Shown: piece by piece, positions 14,001-27,608 of the stretch
How the letters are laid out: each line of letters opens with the position of its first letter
Position numbering within the stretch: position 1 is the first letter of the stretch
Assembly: GCA_964016885.1 (NCBI GenBank)
Contig: OZ024746.1
Span: 67,332,001-67,396,000 of the forward strand
Source of the DNA: Eledone cirrhosa
Lineage: Eukaryota
DNA length: 64,000 nt
Direction of reading: 5' to 3'
The notes under the pieces: model-generated
Told to the model about the DNA's origin: nothing
What the model saw: only the letters and a program-made list of their open reading frames with translations
Databases searched by the model: none
Translations under genes and position numbers: made by a program

Positions 14001-14109
14001 CAAGACATCATTTTCGAAGGATAGCAATACTGGGTTCCACGGAGGGTTATTATAGGTTTTAAATCCAAATTTATCCTGTTTGTTGTCTGCTTTTCGCGGA
14101 TTATCGAAA
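11075..14109 (-). mobile_element. Naiad-type PLE, 5'-truncated, flanked by (TA)n
   Basis: RT-EN ORF plus ~1-kb 3' region with internal ~140-bp and 30-bp duplications; terminus ttaaagtttaagcaaagaatcgctgc recurs at ~28540-28650. Confidence 0.9.
12102..14108 (-). CDS. PLE reverse transcriptase plus C-terminal GIY-YIG endonuclease (frame open up to the 5' truncation)
   Basis: SDKT, LKDHK, FIQFDINNYYSSI, MGASDSAEVTDL, GLYRDDGL, YLDV, WFNPP, CNCRNRADCPLSGKC, IVYKC..TYIG..FKQR..H, CDLC, LNKKSE; frame continues upstream of 14027 (FDNPRK..KFGFKTYNNPP) to a short (TA)n. Confidence 0.95.
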   Translation of the reverse strand, partial: FDNPRKADNKQDKFGFKTYNNPPWNPVLLSFENDVLELIRSIKFRNRSNSFQQDLKNRIRSIKDSNNTVHVHSDKTGNLYQVVRSTYHQLLHNAVTKDYRKTNRCVINEINDAGFKISSDLNILDRTEPLDPFSPHFTLKDHKSNFPNNPSIRLINPTKSDLGRLSKTILDRIIPEIRSLAPLALWNNSFAVIDWFNGICNKEHCRFIQFDINNYYSSITLPLLLRAINFAKTLTVVKDFEVDVILNARKSVINFDDSIWIKKSNSTPFDASMGASDSAEVTDLIGLFLLFSIKDEFPNAGGGLYRDDGLLTMTKCGPRACDRFRKELTAFFKGFNLSIQVEANLSVVNYLDVTLNLLNGLYYPYRKPNDTLNYISKHSNHPASITKNLVKNVSLRLSRLSTNERIFNDHSTYYNEALARSGFVDKVAYTEYENRPRRNRSRRICWFNPPYNMEVATPLAKIFISLITKHFPPTHKYSKIFNRNAIKISYSTTPNLAHNITASNLAKLLSRRNTCNPVVSTNCNCRNRADCPLSGKCLSSNIVYKCKVVTPTSRRTYIGLTANSFKQRLYMHTHSFRYPLRRNMTSLSAYIWSLKDNHTQYKLHWEILARARSYNGNKRPCDLCAAEALEILYAPDHILNKKSEAISACKHKLHKTFLYYSPTLYPNG

Positions 14110-15169
14110 TATATATATATTGATTTATTATAGTTATTTTATTCTAAAGTTTCATCACGAGATCACCAGTCGTAGATTATGAAATATTTCTAATTTATTA
14201 TATCTAAAGTAAGCTGCAAAGTTTGAAGCTTCTTAGTTCAGGGTGTATAACGCAGCATAGTTCTCGTCATGGGAGACGAACTATAGACAATTTAAACTAT
14301 TTGTCCAATTTTTGTGTCTCACCTGTTCAAAAACCGTATCAGTGTAACTAATTAAATAAAATTTCATTGACACAAAATAATACTTTCTTTATAGGGTGTT
14401 GCCGTTTGATGTTTTAGATTATTATTCTAACCATTTACAATTTTCAATTTTGATATTTCTTTTTCATATACGTAGCAATCATGAATTACTCCAATAGTTT
14501 GACGTGACATTTATGCTTCAGATAATATAAATTATTCACAATGAATAGATTTATTCACTCTGAAAGTGTCTTTTCCGTGTATTTTATTACTTTACACTAA
14601 TGCGACGGATTTTTTTATTTTTCAATATTCGACTAATGGTTCTGTATTGCATTTTAAAATTAAGTGACTTTTCGTGGCCCAAGAAACGTGTGTTGACTTT
14701 TTAAAATACAATACTTTTAAAATAATAATAAAAACAAGGTCTGCTACGTTGACTAGTTGATATTGACATATGGAGAAAGTGCTTAATTTTCCATGTTATT
14801 TCTATTTTTCATTGTCTTTGTTTTTGCTAATTCTTTAAATACGAATAAAAAAGATCGTTGAGGCAATACTTTTTGTCACAAATGTTCGCGAAAACATTTA
14901 GTCACATAAAAAGTTCGAGGAAATTGCAAGTTTGATATCAAGTGCTTTTGGAAGAGCTGAAATGGTTGCATCTAAATGAAAGTTTTATTTAAATATAATT
15001 ACTGATCTCAAGTATGATGTATTGGCAGAATTAATGGGAACACACAACTGGACAATTTTTCTTCCATTGCTTGAGTTAAAATTCAGTCGATTGCAATTTT
15101 ACTATTTTTTCAATATTCGCACGAAACAATGCATTCTGTTACACACACATATATATATATATATATGCA

Positions 15170-15320
15170 AAAGGCTAATGGATAAAGAACACAGAAAAAT
15201 GAAACAGTAGAGGGGAGATATATATTAGGCTAACGCTTAATAGAGTAAGAAAATGGTCTTAATGTTTTGGACGTTAGTCCTTCATGACAAGAGAAAATAA
15301 GAAATAAAAGAAAAATAGAT
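15170..15320 (-). mobile_element. Old PLE-like terminus with decayed hammerhead (family F)
   Basis: Similar to 39955-40110; reverse complement TCATGA-aggactaacgtcc-AAAAC. Confidence 0.5.
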
Positions 15321-15700
15321 AGGAGGGAAGTATTTTTTTTTTGGGGGGGGGGGGGCTGAGAAAAGACGTGTGTGTTCCGTTACCTGTTTTGGTGAGGCTG
15401 AGATATTTCTGTAGTTTAAACTGCAATTTCCTCGTTAAGGGTGATCATATAAATGGAGTTTTATCTCATCGGCAACGTGAGATTTTTAGATACAACGACT
15501 AAATAACCTCAAATAATAATTCTTTCTATCGTTGATACAGGAAGGGGAAATCAATTATATCAACCATAAAAAGTTTGAAATACAAAGTTAAACTTAGTGG
15601 GAGTTTATCTCAGAATATAAAAGGCCATAACTATGTGTCACCAATCATTTTATCTGACGCTCAGACGAATCTGCCAATTTGCCACTATATACACTCAGAT

Positions 15701-16088
15701 AATAATGGTTTCTGATTTAGGCACAAAGACAACAGTATTTTCGACGTGTGTTTATTTTTATTGGGGGGGGGGGATATTTAACCCCCCCAGTGCTTTACTG
15801 CTACTTTTATTTTATCGACACCGTTAGGATGAAATTCAGAGCTAACCTCGTCGGAATTTGATATCAGAACAAAGAGCCGGATCAAGTACATCTAAGACCT
15901 TAATCCTACTCTCTGACGATTCTGCCAGCATACCGTCCTTTATTTTTAATATTAGACCACGTCCAGCGATTTAGATAACTGGTGAGTCGATTATATCGAC
16001 CACACCTTTTGACTTGTCCTTTATTTTATCGACCTCGAAAGGATGAAAGGCAAAGTTGAACTCGGCCATATTGAACCCAGACAGCCAG
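15701..16088 (-). mobile_element. Two adjacent diverged tRNA-derived SINEs
   Basis: ttttatcgac..ggatgaaa core occurs twice, with antisense B-box remnants and a 3' motif ggcacaa. Confidence 0.7.
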
Positions 16089-16166
16089 AAAGCTCAGATA
16101 AAAATAAATGTATATACATTGGCTTTCCTCAGTTAACCCCCCCCCTCTCTGTATATATATATATAT

Positions 16167-16363
16167 ATAGGAACGAGTAGGACCTCGACGGCTGAGCTCA
16201 AGCCGTTTCGACGGCTAATTCTATTAGCCGGCGAATTAGCCGTCGAAACGGCTTGAGCTCAGCCGTCGGGGTCCTACTCGTTCCTATTACCCACTCTACT
16301 AGCCTAAGTATTGAGTACTTTGGTAAGTTATGGTCCACCTGGTTCCTTACCACATTTCCTTCG

Positions 16364-16365
<2 letters not shown>
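16167..16365. mobile_element. Fold-back + tail element in (TA)n (family A)
   Basis: 55-bp arms 16167-16221 / 16233-16287 with 1 mismatch; tail 16288-16365; related to 28822, 36616 and 52370. Confidence 0.85.
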
Positions 16366-16417
<52 letters not shown>

Positions 16418-16879
16418 CTATATATGTGTGTATGTGTGTGTATAAATTGTGTGTCGATATATATACATATATATGGAGAGAGAGAAATATATATAGAGAG
16501 AAAAAGAAAGAGAAAGGGAGAGAGAGAATTCTATCAGACATCTATGCCTCCACCTATTATATAATGTACGCAGCTGAAATATAAACACTTTATCAAAACG
16601 ATGTTTCCTATGCCTGATGTAAGAATAGCTTCGTTTTATTTTTGTTTTTTGTTGTCGTTTTTTCTCCTCAAAATCATGTTCTGATGCAGAAATCATAATC
16701 GATGAAGCGTTATCAAGATACTCTCTTATACTTTTCTGTGTGCAGAGGGAATAATGGGAACTATGTTTAGCCTCCTTCATTTCTAACCGAGAATTTTAAT
16801 ATACAATCTACATTTATTTGTACATGAAACGTACCTTATGCCTTGTGTTCCGTCCACTGTGTTGATGACACAACATGTA

Positions 16880-17075
16880 AGGTGGTCGTGTAGGAGACAC
16901 GGTAAAAAGGCTCCCAGTCCACACTGTAAAGGTGGTTTATGTTAGGAAGGGCATCCAGCTGTAAAGAAAACCTACGAGCGAGACACGGTCTCCCAACCAT
17001 TCCCGCATTAAATGGAACAAAACCGTCTAACCAATGCTAGCGTGGAAGATGGACGTTAAACGATGATGATGATGA
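16880..17075 (+). mobile_element. SINE-like 3' fragment ending in (GAT)n
   Basis: ttaggaagggcatccag...ggacgttaaacgatgatgatg; second copy at 25465-25630. Confidence 0.65.
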
Positions 17076-18463
17076 ATACATAACATTTCTAAATATATTT
17101 GAATGACGGCTTCAGTAGTATGCTACACTCGGTTTGACACAAATAGGGATACTATAAAGATAGTTTGGATAAGTGAATTCTTCTATTCAATGAAAAGTTC
17201 TAACCAAATCCTGGCCATACGGGAAAAAGCAGTGTCATGTAAGCTGTGTATCGATGAAACAGTGAATATATTGCAGATATTACGTAATAGTACTTGCCTT
17301 AAGTGTGAGCTATATCTACAACAAATTAATATATGAACTTCCTGTTCCCAAAATGCAGATATATGATAGATCTAAACATTTCTGCTATAATTGAGAGTAT
17401 AAATTACCTTATTATCAAGACTCATCTCTTTTGTTTAGCTTCATGAAATAGCTTAATAGGAAATCCTTTATTCGCAAACATTTATTAAATCCGGGATGTA
17501 TGAAATTCTATCTCAAACCCAACGTCATTCGAACATTTGCCATCATTTCTATCGCTCTATCACTCTGTATATATATTACATCAATGATGCTTTGTTGTAT
17601 GGAAATACTGATTTGTTTAGACTCAAAAATAAAGCATTCTCATATTATAATATGTGTATGGCGTAGTTGATCAAATATACTGTAGCGCGAGACCATGATT
17701 TTCATAGTATGACGTACCTAGATTAGAATAACGAACAACAATTCAGAACTGAGTTCTTTTACGTTCCTCCAGTACGTGAAATTAGAGGTTTAATCAATAT
17801 CCAGTTTCAACGTAATCAATATTTACGCAATGTTGAATCTAATTCTCAAAATATCAGGGGGAAATTAGGTGAAAATAATTAAAAGAAAATAATTAAAAGT
17901 TAATATCAATAATAACATTATTAACATTTTAATTGGATGAAAGTTATCTTGCCTGCATTTATGTTTGTTTGCTTTGTTCTTTAATATTATGGGAATATTA
18001 TTTTAATCATTCAATGATACTTCAACTTTGTTTTCTTAGTTATATCGATTTAGATATAAGAAATAAACGAAGGACTTTAAATCTACTAAAATTGTCTCTT
18101 GAATGACTATGTTTACTTTTAAGGAATCAGGAGAAAAGTGGTTTCCATAAAGAAATAAAAACACCCAATGTAATATCAGCTACCTGTCTTGTTTTAGACA
18201 ATATTTATAATTACCTGTAAATATGCACCAAATAGACAAACTTATATCTCTCATTTCTCTATTTGCTGTTTAACCTCATGTTAAGTAAATCATATGTATT
18301 GCTGCCGTGTGAAGACCTATGGTGGATTGTATATTTGCAACAAGCAGATGTTTCTTATTTAGATGTAGTGTAATGGGACTGATTTTCTAAGATGTTTTTT
18401 TCCTTTTCTATTGAGTCCGATGGGACAACAAAGCGGGCTACGTATTAAACACCGAATTCTTTT

Positions 18464-18511
18464 TTTGTTTGACTACCTATTACTGTTTACAGTAATAGGT
18501 AGTCAAACAAA
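18464..18511. repeat. Perfect 23-bp hairpin with 2-nt spacer
   Basis: tttgtttgactacctattactgt-tt-acagtaataggtagtcaaacaaa. Confidence 0.95.
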
Positions 18512-18960
18512 TAACAACATCTCCGTATCCTAGTATCTAAAGCTTTAAATGCTATGTAAGTTATAGCTTCTGATTTCAGATAGATGTGATTTCTATTTAC
18601 ATGAGATTGAGTGATAACGTTGCAACCTAGCTTTCGTCTTTGTCAACTATGAAATCGAGTCGATTTACCATCACCATATAATAGAAAATTGTTTATATGG
18701 ACACATATTAACAAAATATATAAAATTAGTATAAACATAAACAGTAACACATGCAATCGCACACATAGACTCATACACATACACACATATGTATATATTT
18801 AAAAGCTCATGTCCGTTTCTCCTAAAAAAGCCCTTTGTTTTTTCAACTATTGTTTCTTAGCTCCTTTATGCTTCACTTTAGTTTCCTTCCTCTTGTTGCG
18901 TTCCTTTTGTTCTCACTCTATTGTTATAAATTGTTCATTTACATTTAAAGTCTTTCTATC

Positions 18961-19022
<62 letters not shown>

Positions 19023-19264
19023 GGTATGTAAATCGTATTAAGGTTTCACAATGCGAAAGATGTGTTACGATTTAATATAAAAGAAGGCAACAAAGCTGCT
19101 CTGTCCTTGAAAGTGGTAGAATGACTGGCGAGAGTAGGTTCAGGAACAGTCGGCTGGAATTTGCAAACGACTCAGTATTACAGTATTAAATCACCAGTAA
19201 TGTACTGAGTAATTACTGGCCTTGTGCCAAAAGTAGAAACAATTACTTAACATGATAGGATTGG

Positions 19265-19450
19265 CGACAGTGCTGCGCTGCTGGTATGAACATCAGTGCG
19301 TCTAAGACTGAGATACCCATCCTCTCAATAATGCCTACGAAATATATTCTACGTGTGCGTTGAGTTTCACTGCTTCAGATGGAGAGGTTCAAGTATATCG
19401 GGGCCAAGTTCATGAGTGATGAAAGTGAATACATTGAAAAGAAATTAGCC
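19265..19450 (+). pseudogene. RTE-type LINE RT C-terminal fragment
   Basis: AAGMNISASKTEI..LRVR*VSLLQMERFKYIGAKFMSDE matches the GM.I...KTE / VE.FKYLG pattern. Confidence 0.7.
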
Positions 19451-20119
19451 ACAAAGATGAAATTAAAAGCAATGTACCTGGTGTCAGAGAAAAAAAACAA
19501 GAGATTCCCGTTGTGTGATTTCTTATACGTTGCGTACAGTCTAGATTGTTATTATATATGTATTACAATGGTCTCTAATTAACTAATTCTCTTTTATGCA
19601 GAGGATGCTTTCAGGGTTGATGTTAATGGTATTTGAAATTGGGGAGAGAATCGGTATCAGCCTCATGAATGAAATAGATCATAAATATCATATAATGTTT
19701 TATATGAATATTTGTGTTTTTTTTGTTTTGCACTGTACTGCATTTTGTTTTCGTTATAATTCAGTAGTAATCAGTAAAATGTATACATTACGTGAATTAA
19801 ATATAAAGTAAGATTTTCTTTGGTCTGTTATTTTGAAGACCAGGCACTTTCTATATTGTAAATACCTGCAAAGATGAATTGTGTGTAATACTACTCTCAA
19901 AAACACTCTACAGGGATACCAATTGTGAGCTGTATTACATTGAAGCCAAACACAGACAAGTCAATCAACACATAAAGGTTCAAACACATACAGGGACTAG
20001 AGCCTTAACCAAGGTTTACATCACAGAGACACAGACACACCCACGCATACACGCAAGCATACATAATTATGTGTGTGTATGTGTGTGTGCGTGTGTGTGT
20101 GTGTGTGCGTGTATGTGTA

Positions 20120-20162
<43 letters not shown>

Positions 20163-21396
20163 TTATTTATATATATATATGTATATAAATATATACATAT
20201 ATATTTATCTATTCATATATATATATATATATATACTCATATAATTACACGCATTAACATATATCTACCTATATATTTCTTAATTTTCAAGTGAATATTT
20301 GTCATTTTTGTTTGCATATCTCAGTACGATTCAATGCAAGTAACATAAGAAGCAAACAAATTGGTTTCCTTTAAATATAATGCCTGTAGGTAAATGAAAA
20401 TAAACATACGAAATATTAAGATGCTTAAAAGATTCAAGCAAACTATTCTACATGTCAAACAAATTGAAAATCTTAAATAAATAAAGCACGTAATTGTGAG
20501 AATCATTGCGTGTGTTATCACGCAAACAAATCCATACATATTTATTTACAAATATTTATAAAAGAATAAAGGATTAAGTAAAAGAGTGAATGTAAAATCA
20601 GCTAATGTATATTCAGATAGATGTCTACACATTTAAGTAACAACATACATGGAAGTCTTTATTTGTTTACATTCATTCTATAATCTATCTATCTATCTAC
20701 TTACCCATCTCTCTCTTTCTCTCTCTTTCTCTTTTCTCTCTATATGATTGTATATATATATATATATAGAGAGAGAGATTGATAGTTAGATGGATTGATA
20801 GATGGATAGATACATACATATATTTAAATACGTATACATATAAAGAAATATATATATATATGTTTAGATTGTTTTGGTAGTTAATACGTATGCAATAAGA
20901 AAATGATTCAGTGTTTTGCACTTACTCTAATACAACTACTGTATTTTGATTCAGATTTGTGAAAATATTTTAAAATATATATGCGTGCGTGAGCGTGTGT
21001 ATGTGCGTAACACATGAGTGTAACATATATACGAAAGAAATGCACTTAATATAATATTGCAAGATTTTGATTATATAATGCAATGAAAAGTTAGAATTTA
21101 GTGGTTATACGATACAAAATGTTGTGTGTTCTATAACATTCAAGTGATCTTTGCCGTATACCTGGCAAAAGAAGGGGGCAGGTTTGGAGGAAAATACCGC
21201 TCAATAAGAGAAGATAAATGCTGCATCTGCCACATTAAGGCAGATAGAGACGTCAGGTCCGGATCGCAACATAAAACATATCAAAGATGTTCTCCAGGTA
21301 CATATAGACGTTTGTGAAGTATCCCAAAATTAAACCGATCTACGTGTTATGCTATCATGCAGAAGACTCCCACAGACACACATCCTTGCACACATA

Positions 21397-22300
21397 AATA
21401 CATACATACATACATACATACATACATACATACATACATACATACATACATACATACATACATACATACATACATGGTGGCTGCCAACTCGTTTTCGAGT
21501 ACGGCCACTACTTTATATCCATGTACTGATGCGCTGAACGAGTGTGACTTTTTAGTCCAGCCAGCGACTTGAAAACTCTGGTACAAACACTACACTTGTG
21601 ACAATTACTGACACATAGTGCTGGGCCCATTGTACCCTGTGATGACAAGTGCAGAGAGATCTCCAGATATAAAGCAATGCCTGTGCCGTGAAGCTTTTAT
21701 AGTGAGCAAAGGCACTGCACAAAGCCAGTCCCACTCTCTTAACCAAGATGATATTTACCAACAAGAATAACAAGTCAACATCATTGGATACCATCAGGGT
21801 TGCAGGTGTTATATCAGAGTTTTCCTTCTCCTAGAATTCTGCCTTGACAAAGGCTAAGGGGTCATCTCTCCCGGTACATACATACATACATACATACATA
21901 CATACATACATACATACATACATACATACATACATACATACATACATACATACATACATGATGGCTGCAAACTCTGCTAAGAGTATTGCAATCGCTTGTC
22001 AGATTATAGAGTTTGGTGCACTTTTAGGCTACGGCCAGCCACAGAAAGTGTAACATATCCTGAACAAGCAATGCTTGTGCTTTGAATGTTTTTTTTTAAG
22101 CGGGGAAAGTCCTTGCACTCGACCAAACCCACTCTCTGAGCATCGAAAGCACTACCCGAAAAGGAGAACTGGTTAAGATTATCGAATGCTTCCGAAGCCA
22201 CAGGGTTTGTTTTTTTTCGGATTCCCTCTCTTAGAAAGGTGTTGTGACAAAAACTGGGGGCCTTTCACTCCCAGGTGAAAAAAATACATACATACATACA
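21397..22300 (+). repeat. (ACAT)n arrays separated by two diverged copies of a ~320-400-bp unit
   Basis: Units 21477-21876 and 21959-22278 share tggctgc.aactc, cccactctct and a ctcccgg/ctcccagg end. Confidence 0.6.
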
Positions 22301-22958
22301 GAAATGCACACACACACATATATGTTTGTGTGTTAGTGGATGTTTACTAGTTGGCAGCTGGGCTGTGATTGTGTTATGCCAATCTGCAACCATGGGGTAA
22401 TCAGCATAAGCAATCAACTCCTTGCAATTTTGGTATGGTATCGTACATGGTGACAGATATTTGGAATGAGCACATCGAGAACATTGCAGTTACATGTTAA
22501 AGTATTACATAATAGGCTGTGTGAAGGCGTCGTTTGAGGAATTGCGTCATAGCGTCATGACGTAAGGAATACACCAAAGAAATGGATTTTACAGCTGATT
22601 GCATAATTAAAGCGGTTATGGAAATCTAGACTTCTTATTTTATTATTACACTCTCTCCCTCTCTCCGGATATATATATATATATAAATATATATATGAGT
22701 GTGTCAGTGTGTGTGTCTGTGTGAATGAGTGAGTGTATGTGGTGTGTATATGTGTGTGTATGTGGTGTGTATATGTGTGTATATGTGGAATATATATGTG
22801 TGTGTATTTCGTGCTTATGTATGATTGTGTGTGTGTGTGTGTGTGTGTTCCTCTGCGTGCATGCATGTTTATGCAGGTATGTACATTTAGATATGTAGAA
22901 TGGATAAATTATATATAGAAATATGTATTTCACACACACACACACACATATATATATA

Positions 22959-23016
<58 letters not shown>

Positions 23017-23843
23017 CATACATATATAAATATATATATACATACATACATATATACATATATATATATGCATACATACATATATACATATATACATGTA
23101 TATATACAGATATATATAGATATATATATATATGTATATATACATATATACTTGTATATGCATACATACATATATACATATATACATATATATATATACA
23201 TATATATATATACATACATACATATACATATATACATACATGCATATATACATACATATATGCATACATATATATACACACATACATATATATTAAAAAA
23301 AACATTTCTATTGATTTGTATCAAAGCATTGTATTAGAATGCAACAAAAGTGCATCTTCTACCGAATGATTTATGTCTGGAAATACATCAGCAAATGATA
23401 TAAATTTCCATTTCAAGAAGTACACAATGCTGTTTCTCTAGTGACAATCGTCACCCCCAAATGTTCTTCACATTCGTCTGGCGCCATATTAAATCATCTT
23501 TTTTGTCTTTTATGGTGTTCTTACATTGTTATATATTATGGACGCATTATTTAGAGAACAATATTGCTCCAAGTTCAATTATTCATACTACTTCGCTGAA
23601 GCACCTTTGTGAGTAGATTATTATGTTGATAAATGTTATCTTTATACATCATCATATAGATATTATACTTTCATAAAAAAGAATGTTGCAACACTGTTAA
23701 TTCAATTTCAACAATCCTCTCTAGTGTTTGTTTATTTACAACTTTCACTACTATTATGTATTTTCTTTTATCATCAATAATGTAAAAACGATAAATAGAC
23801 ACACAAACACACACACACACACACAATCACACACATACAGACA

Positions 23844-23901
<58 letters not shown>

Positions 23902-23918
23902 TATTTATATATGTATAC

Positions 23919-23954
<36 letters not shown>

Positions 23955-23987
23955 GTATATATATGTATATATATATTATATATATAC

Positions 23988-24016
<29 letters not shown>

Positions 24017-24022
<6 letters not shown>

Positions 24023-24186
24023 CAAGGCTCTGATACCATCCACACTATAAACACAGAGCTGGCATATCTAAGAACTGACTAACTGCCTGATGAGGTCATA
24101 GCCATTCAAAGGCTATCATCGAAGTATATATAGCAGTAAATAAAGGATTATGAGTTCATGCATGCAATTGACTTATGTTTCGTCAC
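24017..24186 (+). mobile_element. Hammerhead-bearing element 3' end in (TA)n (family E)
   Basis: Near-identical to 48755-48920; both end gtttcgtcac(TA)n. Confidence 0.85.
24082..24137 (+). ncRNA. Type-I hammerhead (GAAA>GAAG variant)
   Basis: actgc-CTGATGA-ggtcatagcc..ggctatcatc-GAAG-tatata-TA-gcagt. Confidence 0.75.
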
Positions 24187-24329
24187 TATATATATATATA
24201 TATATGTAGGAGGTGAGTTTTATTGTAGTACAATAAAGCAATGCAGATATCGGATAAGAAGCACTCTACAGTTTGTAGGACTGGAGTATGCATAATATAA
24301 GATCAAAAGATGGTTAAAGGAGTTCCATG

Positions 24330-24400
24330 TATTTTATTATGCGCATTTCAAAAACAAACATCATCATGCAATAATATTTGTGTTTTCATCAGATAAAACA
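24330..24400 (-). ncRNA. Type-I hammerhead (inverted copy)
   Basis: Reverse complement of 24515-24585. Confidence 0.8.
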
Positions 24401-24514
24401 GGAGAACATGATATGAAGGCTAAAAAACACTTGTGGATAGTGCAGTTATATATATATGTAGATTTAAAACTGCACTATCCACAAGTGTTTTTTAGCCTTC
24501 ATATCATGTTCTCC

Positions 24515-24585
24515 TGTTTTATCTGATGAAAACACAAATATTATTGCATGATGATGTTTGTTTTTGAAATGCGCATAATAAAATA
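24515..24585 (+). ncRNA. Type-I hammerhead ribozyme
   Basis: tgttttat-CTGATGA-aaacacaaata..tgtttgttttt-GAAA-TGCGCA-TA-ataaaata. Confidence 0.8.
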
Positions 24586-24615
24586 CATGGAACTCCTTTA
24601 ACCATCTTTTGATCT

Positions 24616-24687
<72 letters not shown>

Positions 24688-24703
24688 GTATATATATGTA
24701 TAC

Positions 24704-24735
<32 letters not shown>

Positions 24736-24832
24736 GTATTATGTATATATATATATTATGTATATATATATATTATATATATATATATTTTATATATATT
24801 AAATATATATTTATATATATTTTATATATATA

Positions 24833-24944
<112 letters not shown>

Positions 24945-25272
24945 TTTAGATATAGATAAAACAGGAGCTCATGCTTTCATTAAGCCACCACCTGCGATTA
25001 ATGGACGAACAGTACTCCAACCATGATACCGATCCTGTCTAATTCCACTGTATTTTGTGTACGCCTGATACTTTATTCAATACTTTCCCAATTCATCTCA
25101 GCTTTATCGTTTGATCTATTCCATAATTCTTGCATCTAATCATGATGTCTCTCTATATATATGTGTGTGTGTGTGTGTGTGAGTGTATGTATGTTTGTGT
25201 GTTGGCGGGTATGTGTGTGAGTACGTTTTGTGTATATATGTATATATATATAAGTGTGTGTGTGTATATAAG

Positions 25273-25306
<34 letters not shown>

Positions 25307-25464
25307 AGTGTGTGTGTGTGTATGTGTGTGTGTGTGTGTGTCGGACACAATTCACTTCAAAGCCATCGCCAAGACCCTCCACTTGCTGTGCAATACCTGT
25401 ACCTCAGCAGACACAGCCTCCACCAACTTCTCCTGGGATAGTACTACTGCTCCGTTAAAACGTA

Positions 25465-25626
25465 CCCTGTCCACTCTGTAAAGTTTTTCGTATTAGGAAG
25501 GGCATCCAGTCGTTGAAACCAAGTGAAGAGACGTACAAGCAGGACCTAGTCATTTGAGTGGTCAGGCTTCTACACAAGAAAGGCCTTTAACCTATGTAAG
25601 CATGGAAAATAGACGTTACATGGTAA

Positions 25627-25630
<4 letters not shown>
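25465..25630 (+). mobile_element. SINE-like 3' fragment, same family as 16880
   Basis: ccactctgtaaag..ttaggaagggcatccag..gcatggaaaatagacgtta. Confidence 0.6.
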
Positions 25631-25662
<32 letters not shown>

Positions 25663-25665
<3 letters not shown>

Positions 25666-25854
25666 GTTTATCCCAGGTTCAATCGGGCGGAACCACAGTA
25701 TCTAAGGTACTCAATACCTAGCAGAGTATAATCATTTAATATAGAAATGGCTTCTACAGGACTAGAACTGTTTCATTTGGAGGAAATCATCAGTAAAGCT
25801 TTCCGTATGATTTCCTCCGAATGAAACAGATCTAGTCCTGTAGAAGTCATTTCT
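25663..25854 (-). mobile_element. Fold-back + tail element (family B) with hammerhead at 25749-25799 (-)
   Basis: Arms 25743-25790 / 25807-25854; reverse complement CTGATGA-tttcctccaaat-GAAA-cagttctagtcctg-TA-gaagcc; tail homologous to 61405-61482. Confidence 0.8.
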
Positions 25855-25924
25855 TAATTAAATATATATATATATACATACACATATACATATATATACA
25901 TACATATATATATACATATATATG

Positions 25925-25962
<38 letters not shown>

Positions 25963-25976
25963 TATATATACATACA

Positions 25977-26016
<40 letters not shown>

Positions 26017-26031
26017 CATACATATACATAC

Positions 26032-26123
<92 letters not shown>

Positions 26124-26268
26124 GTATATATGTATAGTTGTGTATAATGGTAGCTATGGTGCTTCCATAGGCGGTATGCCAAAATTAACACTCGATATTC
26201 AGCAGAGTAAAGTGTAGATAGTATAAAGAAAACGAAAAATCAGTGATGCATCTGGACTTAACTTATTG

Positions 26269-26359
26269 CGTGTTACAATTGTTTCGCCGGCAGGTAGCTC
26301 GAGACATGGTCACTGTATGGATCTGGCTGATTCTACGGCTGCAGGTTCTTTCAGACACG
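26269..26359 (-). ncRNA. Type-I hammerhead with extended stem II and one extra A in the core
   Basis: Reverse complement cgtgt-CTGAAAGA-[~61 nt]-GAAA-CAATTG-TA-acacg, inside TA-flanked segment 26137-26704. Confidence 0.65.
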
Positions 26360-26624
26360 GGTATTTCCTTCCAAGCAAATTTTATCACTAGGGTGTTATC
26401 ATAAAAAAACACCCTAAATAAAACCTCTTCCACTCTTGTCATGCCATTGGCTGTTTTTGCTCCACGTCATCACAAGTTCTGGTCAGTATTTAGTGCTACA
26501 CGGGTCATCAGCCATTTTCCGTTCGACACACTTCAATGGAGTCATGCTGGGTTCAGTATCTCACACGTCTGTTCACACTCCAGAGTAATCACCCAAACAT
26601 ACAAATATGGAACTGATCTGCGTG

Positions 26625-26704
26625 CTGTTATGCTCGACCGAGTATTAAGGATTTCGAACTTTGCAACCATATTAATGCATCGGATGACTCATGAAAAAGA
26701 ATGA
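26625..26704 (+). repeat. Element terminus abutting (TA)n; inverted copy at 27606-27686
   Basis: ctgttatgctcgaccgagtattaagg...catgaaaaagaa present on both strands. Confidence 0.8.
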
Positions 26705-26970
26705 ATATATATATAATATATATATAGTAGAATAATCGAGTATCGAAAAATCGGCGCACGAGTTCACGATAAACAAAATTCGAGATGAGCGGCAGAGGGC
26801 TCTATAATTCAAATAAATTAGAGCTATAACTATCGTTAAATACCGTCACACGTAGAATATGTCTACAATCAACCAAATAACCGATAAGTTCGATATGGAA
26901 GATTCGGGACACTCAGATAAATTATCAATAAATCAATAAATGAAATGAATGTAAAATGCATACCCGGACC

Positions 26971-27558
<588 letters not shown>

Positions 27559-27559
27559 G

Positions 27560-27608
<49 letters not shown>

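Larger units (their letters stand above)
24206..24623. mobile_element. Fold-back + tail element with a hammerhead in each arm
   Basis: 156-bp arms 24292-24447 / 24468-24623; tail 24206-24291; (TA)n flanks. Confidence 0.9.

Noticed and set aside
12102-14108. Selenoprotein (in-frame UGA plus SECIS), reported for some Naiads
   Set aside because: No in-frame TGA here or in 5399-6151; the internal EN stop in the 33-kb copy is TAG; no SECIS recognised by eye.
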